Below, piece after piece: positions 1 to 8,585 of a stretch of DNA of 41,323 bases (position 1 is the first letter of the stretch; the number at the start of each line of letters is the position of its first letter). The notes under the pieces are model-generated. The model searched no databases. It was not told where the DNA came from and saw nothing but the letters and a program-made list of their open reading frames with translations. The position numbers and the translations under genes are program-made. Source of the DNA: Myxococcota bacterium (lineage in GTDB: Bacteria > Myxococcota > JACRCW01). Location: positions 1-41,323 of the forward strand of contig JBFMGU010000075.1 in assembly GCA_040752415.1 (NCBI GenBank), in the 5' to 3' direction.

Positions 1-1
1 G

Positions 2-535
2 GGACCGGGTGTGCCCGACGCCGCGCGTCCCGACGCCACCGTGGGCCCGGATGCCACCGTGACCACGGCCGACGCCGCGTTGCCCCCACCGGATGCCGCG
101 GTGACGACGACGGATGGCGCGGTGGCGCTGGATGCGGCCGTGGGCCTGGATGCGGAAGCACCGCGCCCCGACGCCGCGCGCGCCGACGCGGCCCGTCCGG
201 ATGCCGCCCGCCCCGACGCCAACGGCGGTGGTGACGACGCGGGGCTGCCCCGTCCGGATGCGGGGCGACGGGATGCTGGCCAGGTGGAGGAGTGCGTGCC
301 GGGCTGCCAGTCCATCCGCGAGCGTCGCCTTTGCCCGGCGGGTGGAGCGCCGCTGGTGGTGGAGTGCACGGCGGACACGGAGTGCCATGACGGCGTCTGC
401 ACCGAGCCCCAGCCCACCACGGAGCCGCCCGCCCAGGGAGCGTGCAGTTGTCGGGCGGGCTCCGCCCCGGAGGCGTCCGCGTGGCTTGCGCTGGCGGCCC
501 TGGCGCTGCTCCGCTCACGACGACGCCGCGGCTGA
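2..535 (+). CDS. C-terminal part of a surface protein with a MYXO-CTERM-like sorting signal (5' end outside window)
   Basis: Frame is open from the window edge. Low-complexity PDA/DAG/RPDAA linker and a short Cys module, ending GACSCRAG...[20 protein letters not shown] (Cys motif, TM helix, Arg cluster). Confidence 0.8.
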   Translation, partial: GPGVPDAARPDATVGPDATVTTADAALPPPDAAVTTTDGAVALDAAVGLDAEAPRPDAARADAARPDAARPDANGGGDDAGLPRPDAGRRDAGQVEECVPGCQSIRERRLCPAGGAPLVVECTADTECHDGVCTEPQPTTEPPAQGACSCRAGSAPEASAWLALAALALLRSRRRRG

Positions 536-692
536 AGACCCGACGCGCCCCGTCCGCCGTGGGCCCCGTCCCAGTCCCACCCGCCTGCGCCCGGCGTTGG
601 ACGGTTGGACAGGCGCCCCGGATTGTGCGAATCCCTCCCGGCGACGGGGGCGCGCCCGCCTCCCGAGGCTCCCACCGACGGGACAACACCCC

Positions 693-1469
693 ATGCTGCT
701 GGTGCTGGATGTGGGCAACACCAACGTGACGCTTGGCCTGTATGACGGGGACAAGCTCACGCACCACTTCCGCCTGCAAACGGTGGCCGGCCGCACCCCG
801 GATGAGTACGGGCTGCTCATGAAAAACCTCCTCACCCATGCCGGGCTCCCCGACGGGAGGGTGGAGGGCTGTGCCATCAGCTGCGTGGTGCCGCCCATCA
901 CCGGCGTGGTGGAGGAGGCGGTTCGCAACTATTTCCGCGTGGAGCCCATGACGGTGGGACCGGGCATCAAGACGGGCCTCCCCATCCTCTACGAGAACCC
1001 TCGCGAGGTGGGCGCGGACCGGATTGTGAACGCGGTGGCGGGCTGGGAGCGCTTCCGCTGTGCCCTGGTCATCGTGGACTTTGGCACGGCCACCACCTTT
1101 GACGCGGTGAGCGCCAAGGGGGAGTACCTGGGCGGCGCCATCAGCCCCGGCGTGGGCATCAGCATGGATGCGTTGTTCCGCAACGCGGCCAAGCTGCCCC
1201 GCGTGGAGTTCCACAAGCCGCCGCGGGTGGTGGGGCGCAACACCGTGACCTCCATGCAGGCCGGCCTCTTCTGGGGCTACGTGGGCCTGGTGGACGGCGT
1301 GGTGGAGCGGATGGTGCAGGAGATGGATCAAGGCAAGGTCAAGGTCATTGCCACCGGCGGCCTGGCCAAGCAGGTGAGCGGTGAGAGCCGCACCATTGAG
1401 CTGGTGGATGAATTCCTGACGCTGGAGGGTCTGCGGATCCTCTTCGAGCGCAACAGGCGCCCCAACTGA
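693..1469 (+). CDS. coaX: Type III pantothenate kinase
   Basis: [11 protein letters not shown] start, [17 protein letters not shown] and GGAISPG motifs. True start taken as ATG 693 inside the 114..1469 ORF. Confidence 0.95.
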   Translation: MLLVLDVGNTNVTLGLYDGDKLTHHFRLQTVAGRTPDEYGLLMKNLLTHAGLPDGRVEGCAISCVVPPITGVVEEAVRNYFRVEPMTVGPGIKTGLPILYENPREVGADRIVNAVAGWERFRCALVIVDFGTATTFDAVSAKGEYLGGAISPGVGISMDALFRNAAKLPRVEFHKPPRVVGRNTVTSMQAGLFWGYVGLVDGVVERMVQEMDQGKVKVIATGGLAKQVSGESRTIELVDEFLTLEGLRILFERNRRPN

Positions 1470-1516
1470 CGGCGCCACCGCGCCCCACCCGGGCGCCATT
1501 GGATGAGCAGACGGAC

Positions 1517-3352
1517 ATGAGCTCCCCCGAGACCAAGGACCCCAACGCCCCCCAGGACAACCAGGACAGCGGCCGCGCCGGCCAGTCGGACGTGCTGGAG
1601 GCGGCCATCTCCGACGCATTTGACCGCGTCATTCCCCCTGGCGACGAAGACGAGGACACCGACCGCCAGCCTGAGCAGGGCACGCTGCTGGACGTCCCGG
1701 CCCGGGAAGCGCCCGGCTACGCCGCCGGATCCGACGACGTGGAGCCCGCCGGCGACGACGTCCCGCAGCTGGGCCTGTTTGGCGAGGAGGACGAGGAGCA
1801 CGACGAGGACGAGGACCTGGGCGAGGAGGAGGATGAAGAGGAAGACGAGGATGCCGAGGAGCTGGCCGCCGCCGCGGGTGGCGACGCCGCCGACGACATC
1901 GAGATCGACGTGGATGACCCGGCGGAGGCCGCGCGCCTGGCCGCCCTGGCCTCCGACCTGGACCAGGAAGCCGCCGACGAGGCGCCCGAGGGCGAGATTC
2001 CGGTCGACCGCATTGACGAGGACGCGCTGAAGGTGGTCCGTCGGCTGCACCACTTCGGGTACGAGGCGTACCTGGTGGGCGGCTGCGTGCGGGACCTGTT
2101 GCTGGGTCGCACGCCCAAGGACTTTGACGTCGCCACCAGCGCGGAGCCCAACCAGATCCGGCAGATCTTCCGCAACTGCCGCCTCATTGGCCGTCGCTTC
2201 CGCCTGGCGCACATCTACTTCTTCGGCGGCAAGGTCATTGAGACCAGCACGTTCCGCGCAAACCCGCTGGACGAGATGGATGACCTGCCCAAGGACCTGC
2301 TCATCAGCCAGGACAACGTCTTTGGGACCAGCCAGGAGGACGCGCGTCGTCGGGACTTCACCATCAACGCGCTGTTCTACGACCCGCAGACCGGCAAGGT
2401 GGTGGACCACGTGGGCGGCCGGCAGGACCTGGATGCGCGCATCATCCGCACCATTGGCGACCCCGACGTGCGCCTGCGTGAGGACCCGGTGCGCATCCTC
2501 CGCGCCGTGAAGTTCGCCGCGCGCCTGGGCTTTGACGTCGACCCGGCCACCCGCGACGCCATGGCCCGGCACGCGCCGGAAATCACCCGCTGCGCCGCGC
2601 CGCGCGTGCTCGAGGAGATCTACCGGCTGCTGGCGTGTGGCGCGTCGCGCCCGGCGTTCAACCTGCTCATGGAGCTGGGGATGATTCCCATCCTCATGCC
2701 GGAGATTGCGCCGGCGCTTGGCTACTTCGTGCAGGGCGGGCCTTCACCCAACGAGAATGGCGCGCAGGTGCGCGAGGAGGTCCTGGGCACGCTGGATGCG
2801 CTGGACGCGGTCAAGCAGCGCGGCGTGGAGCCCAGCCACGCCCTGAGCATGGGCACGCTGCTGTTGCGGCTGTACCTGCGGCTGCAGAGCTCGGGACAGG
2901 ACCCCAACCGCTGGCTCGACGACGTCAGCGCATCCATGGTGGCGCGCCTCCGCCTCACCCGCCGGGACCGTGAGCGGCTGCGTGTGCTCCTGCAGACCCA
3001 GAAGCACCTGGCGCCGGAGCGTCGTCGGGGTGGGCAGGGTCGGGCCACGGTGCGGCGCGGGCCGTTCCTGGAGTCGCTGCTGCTCTACACGGTGCACCTG
3101 GTGGCCACCGGCGGGGACCTGGCGGAAGTGGGCCAGTGGAAGGCACTGGCGCGTGCCGAGGGCCAGCAGTTCCGCCCCGGCGAGGTGGTGGACCGCGAGC
3201 CGCGCGAATGGGGTCGTGGTGGCGGCGGGGAGCGTGGGCGTGAAGGGGGTCGTGGAGGTGAAGGGCCCCAGGGCGCGCGCGGTCCCAAGCCTGAGGGCGG
3301 CGGTGGTGGTCGCCGGAAGCGGCGGCGCGGTCGTCGCGGCGGACGGCGCTGA
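1517..3352 (+). CDS. pcnB: Poly(A) polymerase I (class II nucleotidyltransferase) with acidic N-terminal and Arg/Gly-rich C-terminal extensions
   Basis: VGGCVRDLLLG..PKDFD, PAP signature LIGRRFRLAHI, DARRRDFTINAL, EDPVRILRA. Confidence 0.9.
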   Translation: MSSPETKDPNAPQDNQDSGRAGQSDVLEAAISDAFDRVIPPGDEDEDTDRQPEQGTLLDVPAREAPGYAAGSDDVEPAGDDVPQLGLFGEEDEEHDEDEDLGEEEDEEEDEDAEELAAAAGGDAADDIEIDVDDPAEAARLAALASDLDQEAADEAPEGEIPVDRIDEDALKVVRRLHHFGYEAYLVGGCVRDLLLGRTPKDFDVATSAEPNQIRQIFRNCRLIGRRFRLAHIYFFGGKVIETSTFRANPLDEMDDLPKDLLISQDNVFGTSQEDARRRDFTINALFYDPQTGKVVDHVGGRQDLDARIIRTIGDPDVRLREDPVRILRAVKFAARLGFDVDPATRDAMARHAPEITRCAAPRVLEEIYRLLACGASRPAFNLLMELGMIPILMPEIAPALGYFVQGGPSPNENGAQVREEVLGTLDALDAVKQRGVEPSHALSMGTLLLRLYLRLQSSGQDPNRWLDDVSASMVARLRLTRRDRERLRVLLQTQKHLAPERRRGGQGRATVRRGPFLESLLLYTVHLVATGGDLAEVGQWKALARAEGQQFRPGEVVDREPREWGRGGGGERGREGGRGGEGPQGARGPKPEGGGGGRRKRRRGRRGGRR

Positions 3353-3370
3353 GCCACCACGCGCAGCCCT

Positions 3371-4639
3371 TCAGGCGGCCACCGGTGACGACGTCACGCG
3401 CTCCTTCACGGCGTAGATGACCACCGGTTTCTCCCGGCCCTTCACGCGCTCTTCACCCACGCGTTCACAACGGTACTTCCCGCTCAGCGCCTGGTAGGTC
3501 TCCTCGGTGATGAGGATGTCCACCCCCTGCGCCTTGGTGAGGCCCTCTACGCGGGAGGCCACGTTCACCGCGTCGCCAATCACCGTGTACTCGTGCTGGT
3601 CCGCCCCGCCGAGCATGCCCGCGGCAACGACGCCGGTGTGGATGCCAATGCCAATGGCCAGCGGTCGCTTCCCCTCGCGGGCCCAGTGCCCGTTCAGCTC
3701 CTCCAGCTTGATGCGCATGTCCAACGCCGCGCGCACGGCCCGCTCCGGGTGGTCCGCCAGGGAGCTGGGCGCCCCCCACACCGCCAGCATTCCGTCGCCC
3801 AGGAACTTGTTCACCATCCCGTCGTGACCCATCACGATCTGCGACATGTGACCAAAGTACTCGTCGAGGAATTCCAGCACGATCTTGGGCGGCAGGTGCT
3901 CGCTGAGGCTGGTGAAGCTGCGGATGTCCGAGAAGAGCACGGTCACTTCCCGCTGCGCGGGCTGCAGCGCACCGTCCATCTTCAGGATGCGGTCCACCAC
4001 CTGCCTGGGCAGGAAGCGGCTGAGGTTGTCGCGCGTGCGCAGCGAGAAGAACATCTGGTGCGTGGCGGCGTTGGTCCGCGCCATCAGCAGCCCCAGCGCG
4101 ATGTAGACGCCCGCCACGAAGCTCGTCGTCACGGCGTTGAAGTTGCCGGTGTACAGCCCCAGCCCCACGAACATGCCGCAGGAAAGGAACGTGCTCCAGG
4201 CAACGTGTCGCAGGCCCATGCGTGCCACGCTGAAGCACAGCAGGATGGCGCCGTGCGCAGCGGCGAGCGCGAGGTCAATGGCGCCGGTGAGCTGGTAGGT
4301 GCGCACCGCCATGGTGGTGGCGAATCCGACGTCAATCAGCGACACCATGAACGGCGCCCACCGGGCCTTGCGCGGGTCCGGACTGGTCCGGCGCAGGCCG
4401 ATCCACATGGCGACGGAGAACAGCAGGTACAGGCCAATGGTGGTGCCGCGGATGGCGTCGAGCGGGATGGGACGGTCGAACAGGTTGCGGATGGCGCCCT
4501 GACTGAGGCCCATCAGTGCGATCATCGCGAGGCGGATGGTGCAGACCACGCGCTCGCCGCGGAGTGAGTTCTCCGCCTGGACCTGCTCCGCGTTGCTGCG
4601 CGCCATCTGCGCACGCCAGACGGTGGTATCCGTGGTCAC
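3371..4639 (-). CDS. Membrane-bound class III adenylate cyclase
   Basis: About 6 hydrophobic segments, then FSDIRSFT, NKFLGDG, GIGIHTG and YTVIGDAVNVASRVE. The Lys/Thr pair suggests ATP specificity. Start is GTG 4639 or ATG 4606. Confidence 0.88.
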   Translation of the reverse strand: MTTDTTVWRAQMARSNAEQVQAENSLRGERVVCTIRLAMIALMGLSQGAIRNLFDRPIPLDAIRGTTIGLYLLFSVAMWIGLRRTSPDPRKARWAPFMVSLIDVGFATTMAVRTYQLTGAIDLALAAAHGAILLCFSVARMGLRHVAWSTFLSCGMFVGLGLYTGNFNAVTTSFVAGVYIALGLLMARTNAATHQMFFSLRTRDNLSRFLPRQVVDRILKMDGALQPAQREVTVLFSDIRSFTSLSEHLPPKIVLEFLDEYFGHMSQIVMGHDGMVNKFLGDGMLAVWGAPSSLADHPERAVRAALDMRIKLEELNGHWAREGKRPLAIGIGIHTGVVAAGMLGGADQHEYTVIGDAVNVASRVEGLTKAQGVDILITEETYQALSGKYRCERVGEERVKGREKPVVIYAVKERVTSSPVAA

Positions 4640-4780
4640 GGCTGCAACTTTTGCACTGTTTTCCGCCGCGCGCCAAAACGCGGCCCACGGTGGAGACAGG
4701 CGCGGGAACAAGTCGCCTTGGGCCGGCAGGAACGGTCCTGGATTTGACTGTGCGGACATCTGCCTGCACAAGGACCACCC

Positions 4781-6313
4781 ATGGCCCGCGCCCCGCTCAC
4801 CCGTGACGAGCCGACGTGCGAGTTGGACCTCTTTCCCGTCGAGCAGCTCACCCGGCACAAGCTGGAGCGCCACCTGTGGTCGGCGGCGGAGATGCTGCGG
4901 GGAACCATCGACGCGGCGGACTACAAGGGATTCATCTTCTCCTTCCTCTTCCTCAAGCGGCTTTCCGACCGCTTCGACGAGGAGATGGCGACACGCCCCG
5001 ACGGCGCGGACGCACCCACGCACGACTTCTTTGTCCCCGAATGCGCCCGCTGGAGCGAGCTGAGGAAGACGACGACGGGGCTGGGAGAGGCGCTGAACCG
5101 GGCGTGCCTCTCATTGGAGGAGCACAATCCCAGGCTGGCGGGGGTGCTCGTGGGGGTCAACTTCAATGACGAGCGCAAGCTCGGTGACCAGAAGAGCCGC
5201 GACCTCCTGCTGGGAAAGCTGGTGCAGCACTTTGGCGGGTTGAACCTGCGCAACAGCAACCTGGCGGAGCCGGACATGCTGGGCCGCGCCTATGAGGCCC
5301 TCGTCGAGAAGTTCGCCGACGACGCCAGGAAGCGCGGTGGGGAATTCTATACGCCGCGAATGGTGGCGAAGCTGCTGGTGGAAATCCTGCAGCCGCGGGA
5401 GGGCATGCGGGTCTGTGATCCGACGGTGGGCTCCGGCGGAATGCTCATGGAGTGCGCCCACTTCCTAAAGCGCAAGGGTCAGAATCCGCGGAAGCTCGTC
5501 TTGGCCGGACAGGAGAAGAACCTGGGGACCTGGGCCATCTGCAAGATGAACATGCTCTTGCACGGCCTTCCTGACGCGGACATCCGCCAGGGCGACACCA
5601 TCCGCGACCCCAAGCTCCGCGACGACGACGGGCTGATGCGCTTTGACCGCGTGATTGGGAATCCGCCCTTCTCGCTGGAGGACTGGGGCCGGGAGGAGGC
5701 GGAGCGGGACCCGTACGGGCGCTTCCGTTTCGGGATACCCACCAACCGCAAGGGTGACCTCGCCTTCGTGCAGCACATGCTGGCGACGACGAGCTCCGCC
5801 GGAATGGTGGGCGTGGTCCTGCCGCACGGTGCGCTCTTCCGCAGCGGCAGCGAGGCCGAGATCCGCAAGCGCATCCTGCAGGAGGACCTGGTGGAGGCCG
5901 TGGTGGCCCTGCCGGAAGACCTGTTCCACGGCACGGGCATCCCCGCCGCGATCCTGATCCTAAACCGCGCGAAGATCCACGAACGCAAGGGAAAGGTGCT
6001 GTTCATTGACGCGTCGCAGGGTTTCGAGGAGGCAGGGGCGCAGAACCGTCTCCGCGACGAGGACGTGTCGAGGATTGCCGCGACGTTTCACGCATTCCAG
6101 GATGTGCCCGCCTACGCGCGCGTGGTCACGCTGGAGGCGATTGAGAAAGGTGGCTGGAGCTGGAGCGCAGGGCGATACGTGACGACGGAGGACACGCGGG
6201 AGAAGGTGGATGTCCAGGGCGCGCTCGCCACGTTGCGCAAGCTGGAAGAGGAGCGCGAGGAAGTGGACGCGCGCATGAGGGCGTACCTGAAGGAGCTTGG
6301 GTATGACCCCTGA
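4781..6313 (+). CDS. hsdM: Type I restriction-modification N6-adenine methyltransferase subunit M
   Basis: LWSAAEMLRG, FLKRLSD, GEFYTP, SAM motif DPTVGSGG, catalytic NPPF, LPHGALFR, LFHGTGIP. Confidence 0.95.
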   Translation: MARAPLTRDEPTCELDLFPVEQLTRHKLERHLWSAAEMLRGTIDAADYKGFIFSFLFLKRLSDRFDEEMATRPDGADAPTHDFFVPECARWSELRKTTTGLGEALNRACLSLEEHNPRLAGVLVGVNFNDERKLGDQKSRDLLLGKLVQHFGGLNLRNSNLAEPDMLGRAYEALVEKFADDARKRGGEFYTPRMVAKLLVEILQPREGMRVCDPTVGSGGMLMECAHFLKRKGQNPRKLVLAGQEKNLGTWAICKMNMLLHGLPDADIRQGDTIRDPKLRDDDGLMRFDRVIGNPPFSLEDWGREEAERDPYGRFRFGIPTNRKGDLAFVQHMLATTSSAGMVGVVLPHGALFRSGSEAEIRKRILQEDLVEAVVALPEDLFHGTGIPAAILILNRAKIHERKGKVLFIDASQGFEEAGAQNRLRDEDVSRIAATFHAFQDVPAYARVVTLEAIEKGGWSWSAGRYVTTEDTREKVDVQGALATLRKLEEEREEVDARMRAYLKELGYDP

Positions 6314-7628
6314 CGGGTGGCCACGCGTGCTTCTCCGCGACCTCGGCGACGGCATCCGTCCCGTCCTGAAGGCGGGTCGCTTTGGCTCCGCGCTGAAGAA
6401 GTCCGACTTCGTAGCCTCCGGCTACAAGGTGTATGGCCAGGAGAACGTCATTGCTGGGGATTTCCGGCTGGGAACGTACTTCGTGGACCAGCGGAAGTTC
6501 GCCCAGCTTCGTTCCTGTGAGGTCAAGCCGGGGGACCTGCTGGTGACCATGATCGGGTCATTTGGCAGGGTGGCCATGGTTCCGCACGACGCCACGCCGG
6601 GCGTCATCAACTCACGGCTGCTCCGGGTGTCGCCGGACCGCTCCCGCGTGGAGGCCGCGTTTCTCAAGGCGTACCTGGAGAGTCCCCGGGTGCAGAAGAT
6701 CCTCGACGAGACCGCGCAGCGCAGCACCATGGGCGCGTTGAACACGGCGATGCTCGGCTCGCTCGAGATTCCCGTCCCCCCGCTCGAGGAGCAACGGAGG
6801 ATCGTGGAGGTGCTCGCATCCGTGGAGAAGTCCATGGACGCCACGCAGGCGGTCATCCATCAGCTCCAGGTGCTCCAGGGTGCCGTGCTGGATGACCTGT
6901 GTCGAGGCGGCCTGCCCGGAAGCGCCGCTCGGTTCAAGCAGAGCGCGGTTGGGGAGGTTCCGGAGAGCTGGAAGGTCCTCACCGTCGGGGAGTGCCTGGA
7001 TGATGGCATCCTCCTCGACCACCAGGACGGGAATCACGGCGTCGATTACCCACGCAAGGCGGAGTTCACCCAGGAAGGGGTACCGTTCGTCCTGGCGGCG
7101 AGCATCACGGACGGCGGGCACATTGACTTCGACGCCGCGCCGAAGCTGCCGGAGGAAAGAGCGTCACGCTTGCGTGTGGGGTTCGCCCGCGGCGGTGACG
7201 TCGTGCTTTCCCACAACGGCTCCCTGGGATTGGTTGCGGTCATCCCGGAGCACTGGGGGCAGCTGGTGATTGGCTCGTCGTTGACGCTGTACCGGCCCGA
7301 GGGCGCCGTCATGGACCGCTGGTATCTCGCCACCTACCTCTCCAGCGAACCCTTCCAGGCGCAACTGCGTTCCGCGGCGAATGAGGTGAGGAGAAACCAG
7401 GTGACGCTGCCCCGGCAGAAGGAGCTGCTCCTGGCGGTTCCTCCCCTCGCGGAGCAGGTCAGGATCGGCGCCGCCGCCGAGTCCATCCGGCAGCGAATCC
7501 TGCATGAGACCCGGAGTCTCGCGGCCCGTCGTGCGGTGAAGGCTGCGCTGGTGGATGCGTTGCTGGGACGCTCCGGCGTGAGCTCAAGGCCGGCCGCGGA
7601 AGCGCTGGATGCGCTCGTCTCGTCGTAG
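6303..7628 (+). CDS. hsdS: Type I R-M specificity subunit S
   Basis: Two TRDs each followed by conserved PPLEEQRRIV / PPLAEQVRI, with a central GEVPESWKV. Start overlaps the hsdM stop. Confidence 0.9.
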   Translation: MTPDGWPRVLLRDLGDGIRPVLKAGRFGSALKKSDFVASGYKVYGQENVIAGDFRLGTYFVDQRKFAQLRSCEVKPGDLLVTMIGSFGRVAMVPHDATPGVINSRLLRVSPDRSRVEAAFLKAYLESPRVQKILDETAQRSTMGALNTAMLGSLEIPVPPLEEQRRIVEVLASVEKSMDATQAVIHQLQVLQGAVLDDLCRGGLPGSAARFKQSAVGEVPESWKVLTVGECLDDGILLDHQDGNHGVDYPRKAEFTQEGVPFVLAASITDGGHIDFDAAPKLPEERASRLRVGFARGGDVVLSHNGSLGLVAVIPEHWGQLVIGSSLTLYRPEGAVMDRWYLATYLSSEPFQAQLRSAANEVRRNQVTLPRQKELLLAVPPLAEQVRIGAAAESIRQRILHETRSLAARRAVKAALVDALLGRSGVSSRPAAEALDALVSS

Positions 7629-7646
7629 CGGCGACGACGCGGTCAA

Positions 7647-8576
7647 CTACAGCAGCTCCACGTGCCCCAGCGGGACCACCCGTGTCCGCTCCAGCACCTG
7701 GGGGTCCTTCCCCGCCAGCACCAGCAGCTTCTCGGGCGGCTCACCCAGCCACTCGTCGGTGAGCTGGTAGGTACCCCAGTGCATGGCCAGGATCCTGCGC
7801 GCGTCCATGTCCAGACCGGCACGCAGCGCATCCTCGGGATTCATGTGCTGTCGGCGCATGAACCACTCCGGCTCATACGCGCCGATGGGGAGCAGCGCCA
7901 CGTCGGGTGCGCCCACGCGCCGCGCAATCTCCGAGAAGCCATTGAAGTACGCCGTGTCACCGCTGTGATAGACGCGCTTGCCACCGCCCTCGACGACAAA
8001 ACCGCCCCACAGCGTCTCGTTGGTGTCGTTGAGGCCGCGGCGGCTCCAGTGCTGGCTGGGCACCAGCGTCACCTTCACGCTCCCCACCGTCGTGGATTCC
8101 CACCAGCCCAGCTCCACCACGCGCGTGTAGCCCAGCGCCTTCATGGCCGGGATCAGTCCCAGCGGAACAATCGCGATGGGCATTCCTGTCGTGGTGGCGA
8201 GGTGGCGCAGCGACGGAGCGTCCATGTGATCGCGGTGGTTGTGCGTCACGAGCACGACGTCGATGCGCGGGAGGTCACCGAGTGCCACGCCCGGCTCACT
8301 GAGCCGTTTGACGACGCCACCAATGGCCTTGGCCCAGATGGGGTCCACCACCAAGTTGACGCCGCACAGCTGCATCACCCACGTGGCGTGGCCCACCCAG
8401 CACACCGCGGCGTCGTGGGTGTTGGCGCGCAGGCCGGCACCGTCGTTGGCCACGCGCGGCGTGGTGAACTGACGACGATCCGGCGCACGCTTCCCGCTCA
8501 CGCGGTCCACGAAGGCCCAACGGAACACCGCACCCAGGTCATGCGGCCCCGACCCATCCATGTTGCGGAAACGCAT
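7647..8576 (-). CDS. MBL-fold metallo-hydrolase (NAPE-PLD/RomA-like)
   Basis: WVGHAT, THNHRDH, QHWSRRG, SGDT, LPIGAYEP, HMNP and MHWGT motifs. Confidence 0.88.
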   Translation of the reverse strand: MRFRNMDGSGPHDLGAVFRWAFVDRVSGKRAPDRRQFTTPRVANDGAGLRANTHDAAVCWVGHATWVMQLCGVNLVVDPIWAKAIGGVVKRLSEPGVALGDLPRIDVVLVTHNHRDHMDAPSLRHLATTTGMPIAIVPLGLIPAMKALGYTRVVELGWWESTTVGSVKVTLVPSQHWSRRGLNDTNETLWGGFVVEGGGKRVYHSGDTAYFNGFSEIARRVGAPDVALLPIGAYEPEWFMRRQHMNPEDALRAGLDMDARRILAMHWGTYQLTDEWLGEPPEKLLVLAGKDPQVLERTRVVPLGHVELL

Positions 8577-8585
8577 GCAGCCTCC

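Noticed and set aside
114..692. Long N-terminal extension of the coaX ORF (similar extensions on the cyclase, DUF1257, PfpI and vWA ORFs)
   Set aside because: The extensions overlap neighbouring genes and precede the family-typical N-terminus. They are ORF-caller artefacts.
4643..4655. TGCAA-CTT-TTGCA palindrome between the cyclase and hsdM
   Set aside because: Short and single-copy with no identifiable regulator, so it is insufficient to call a site.
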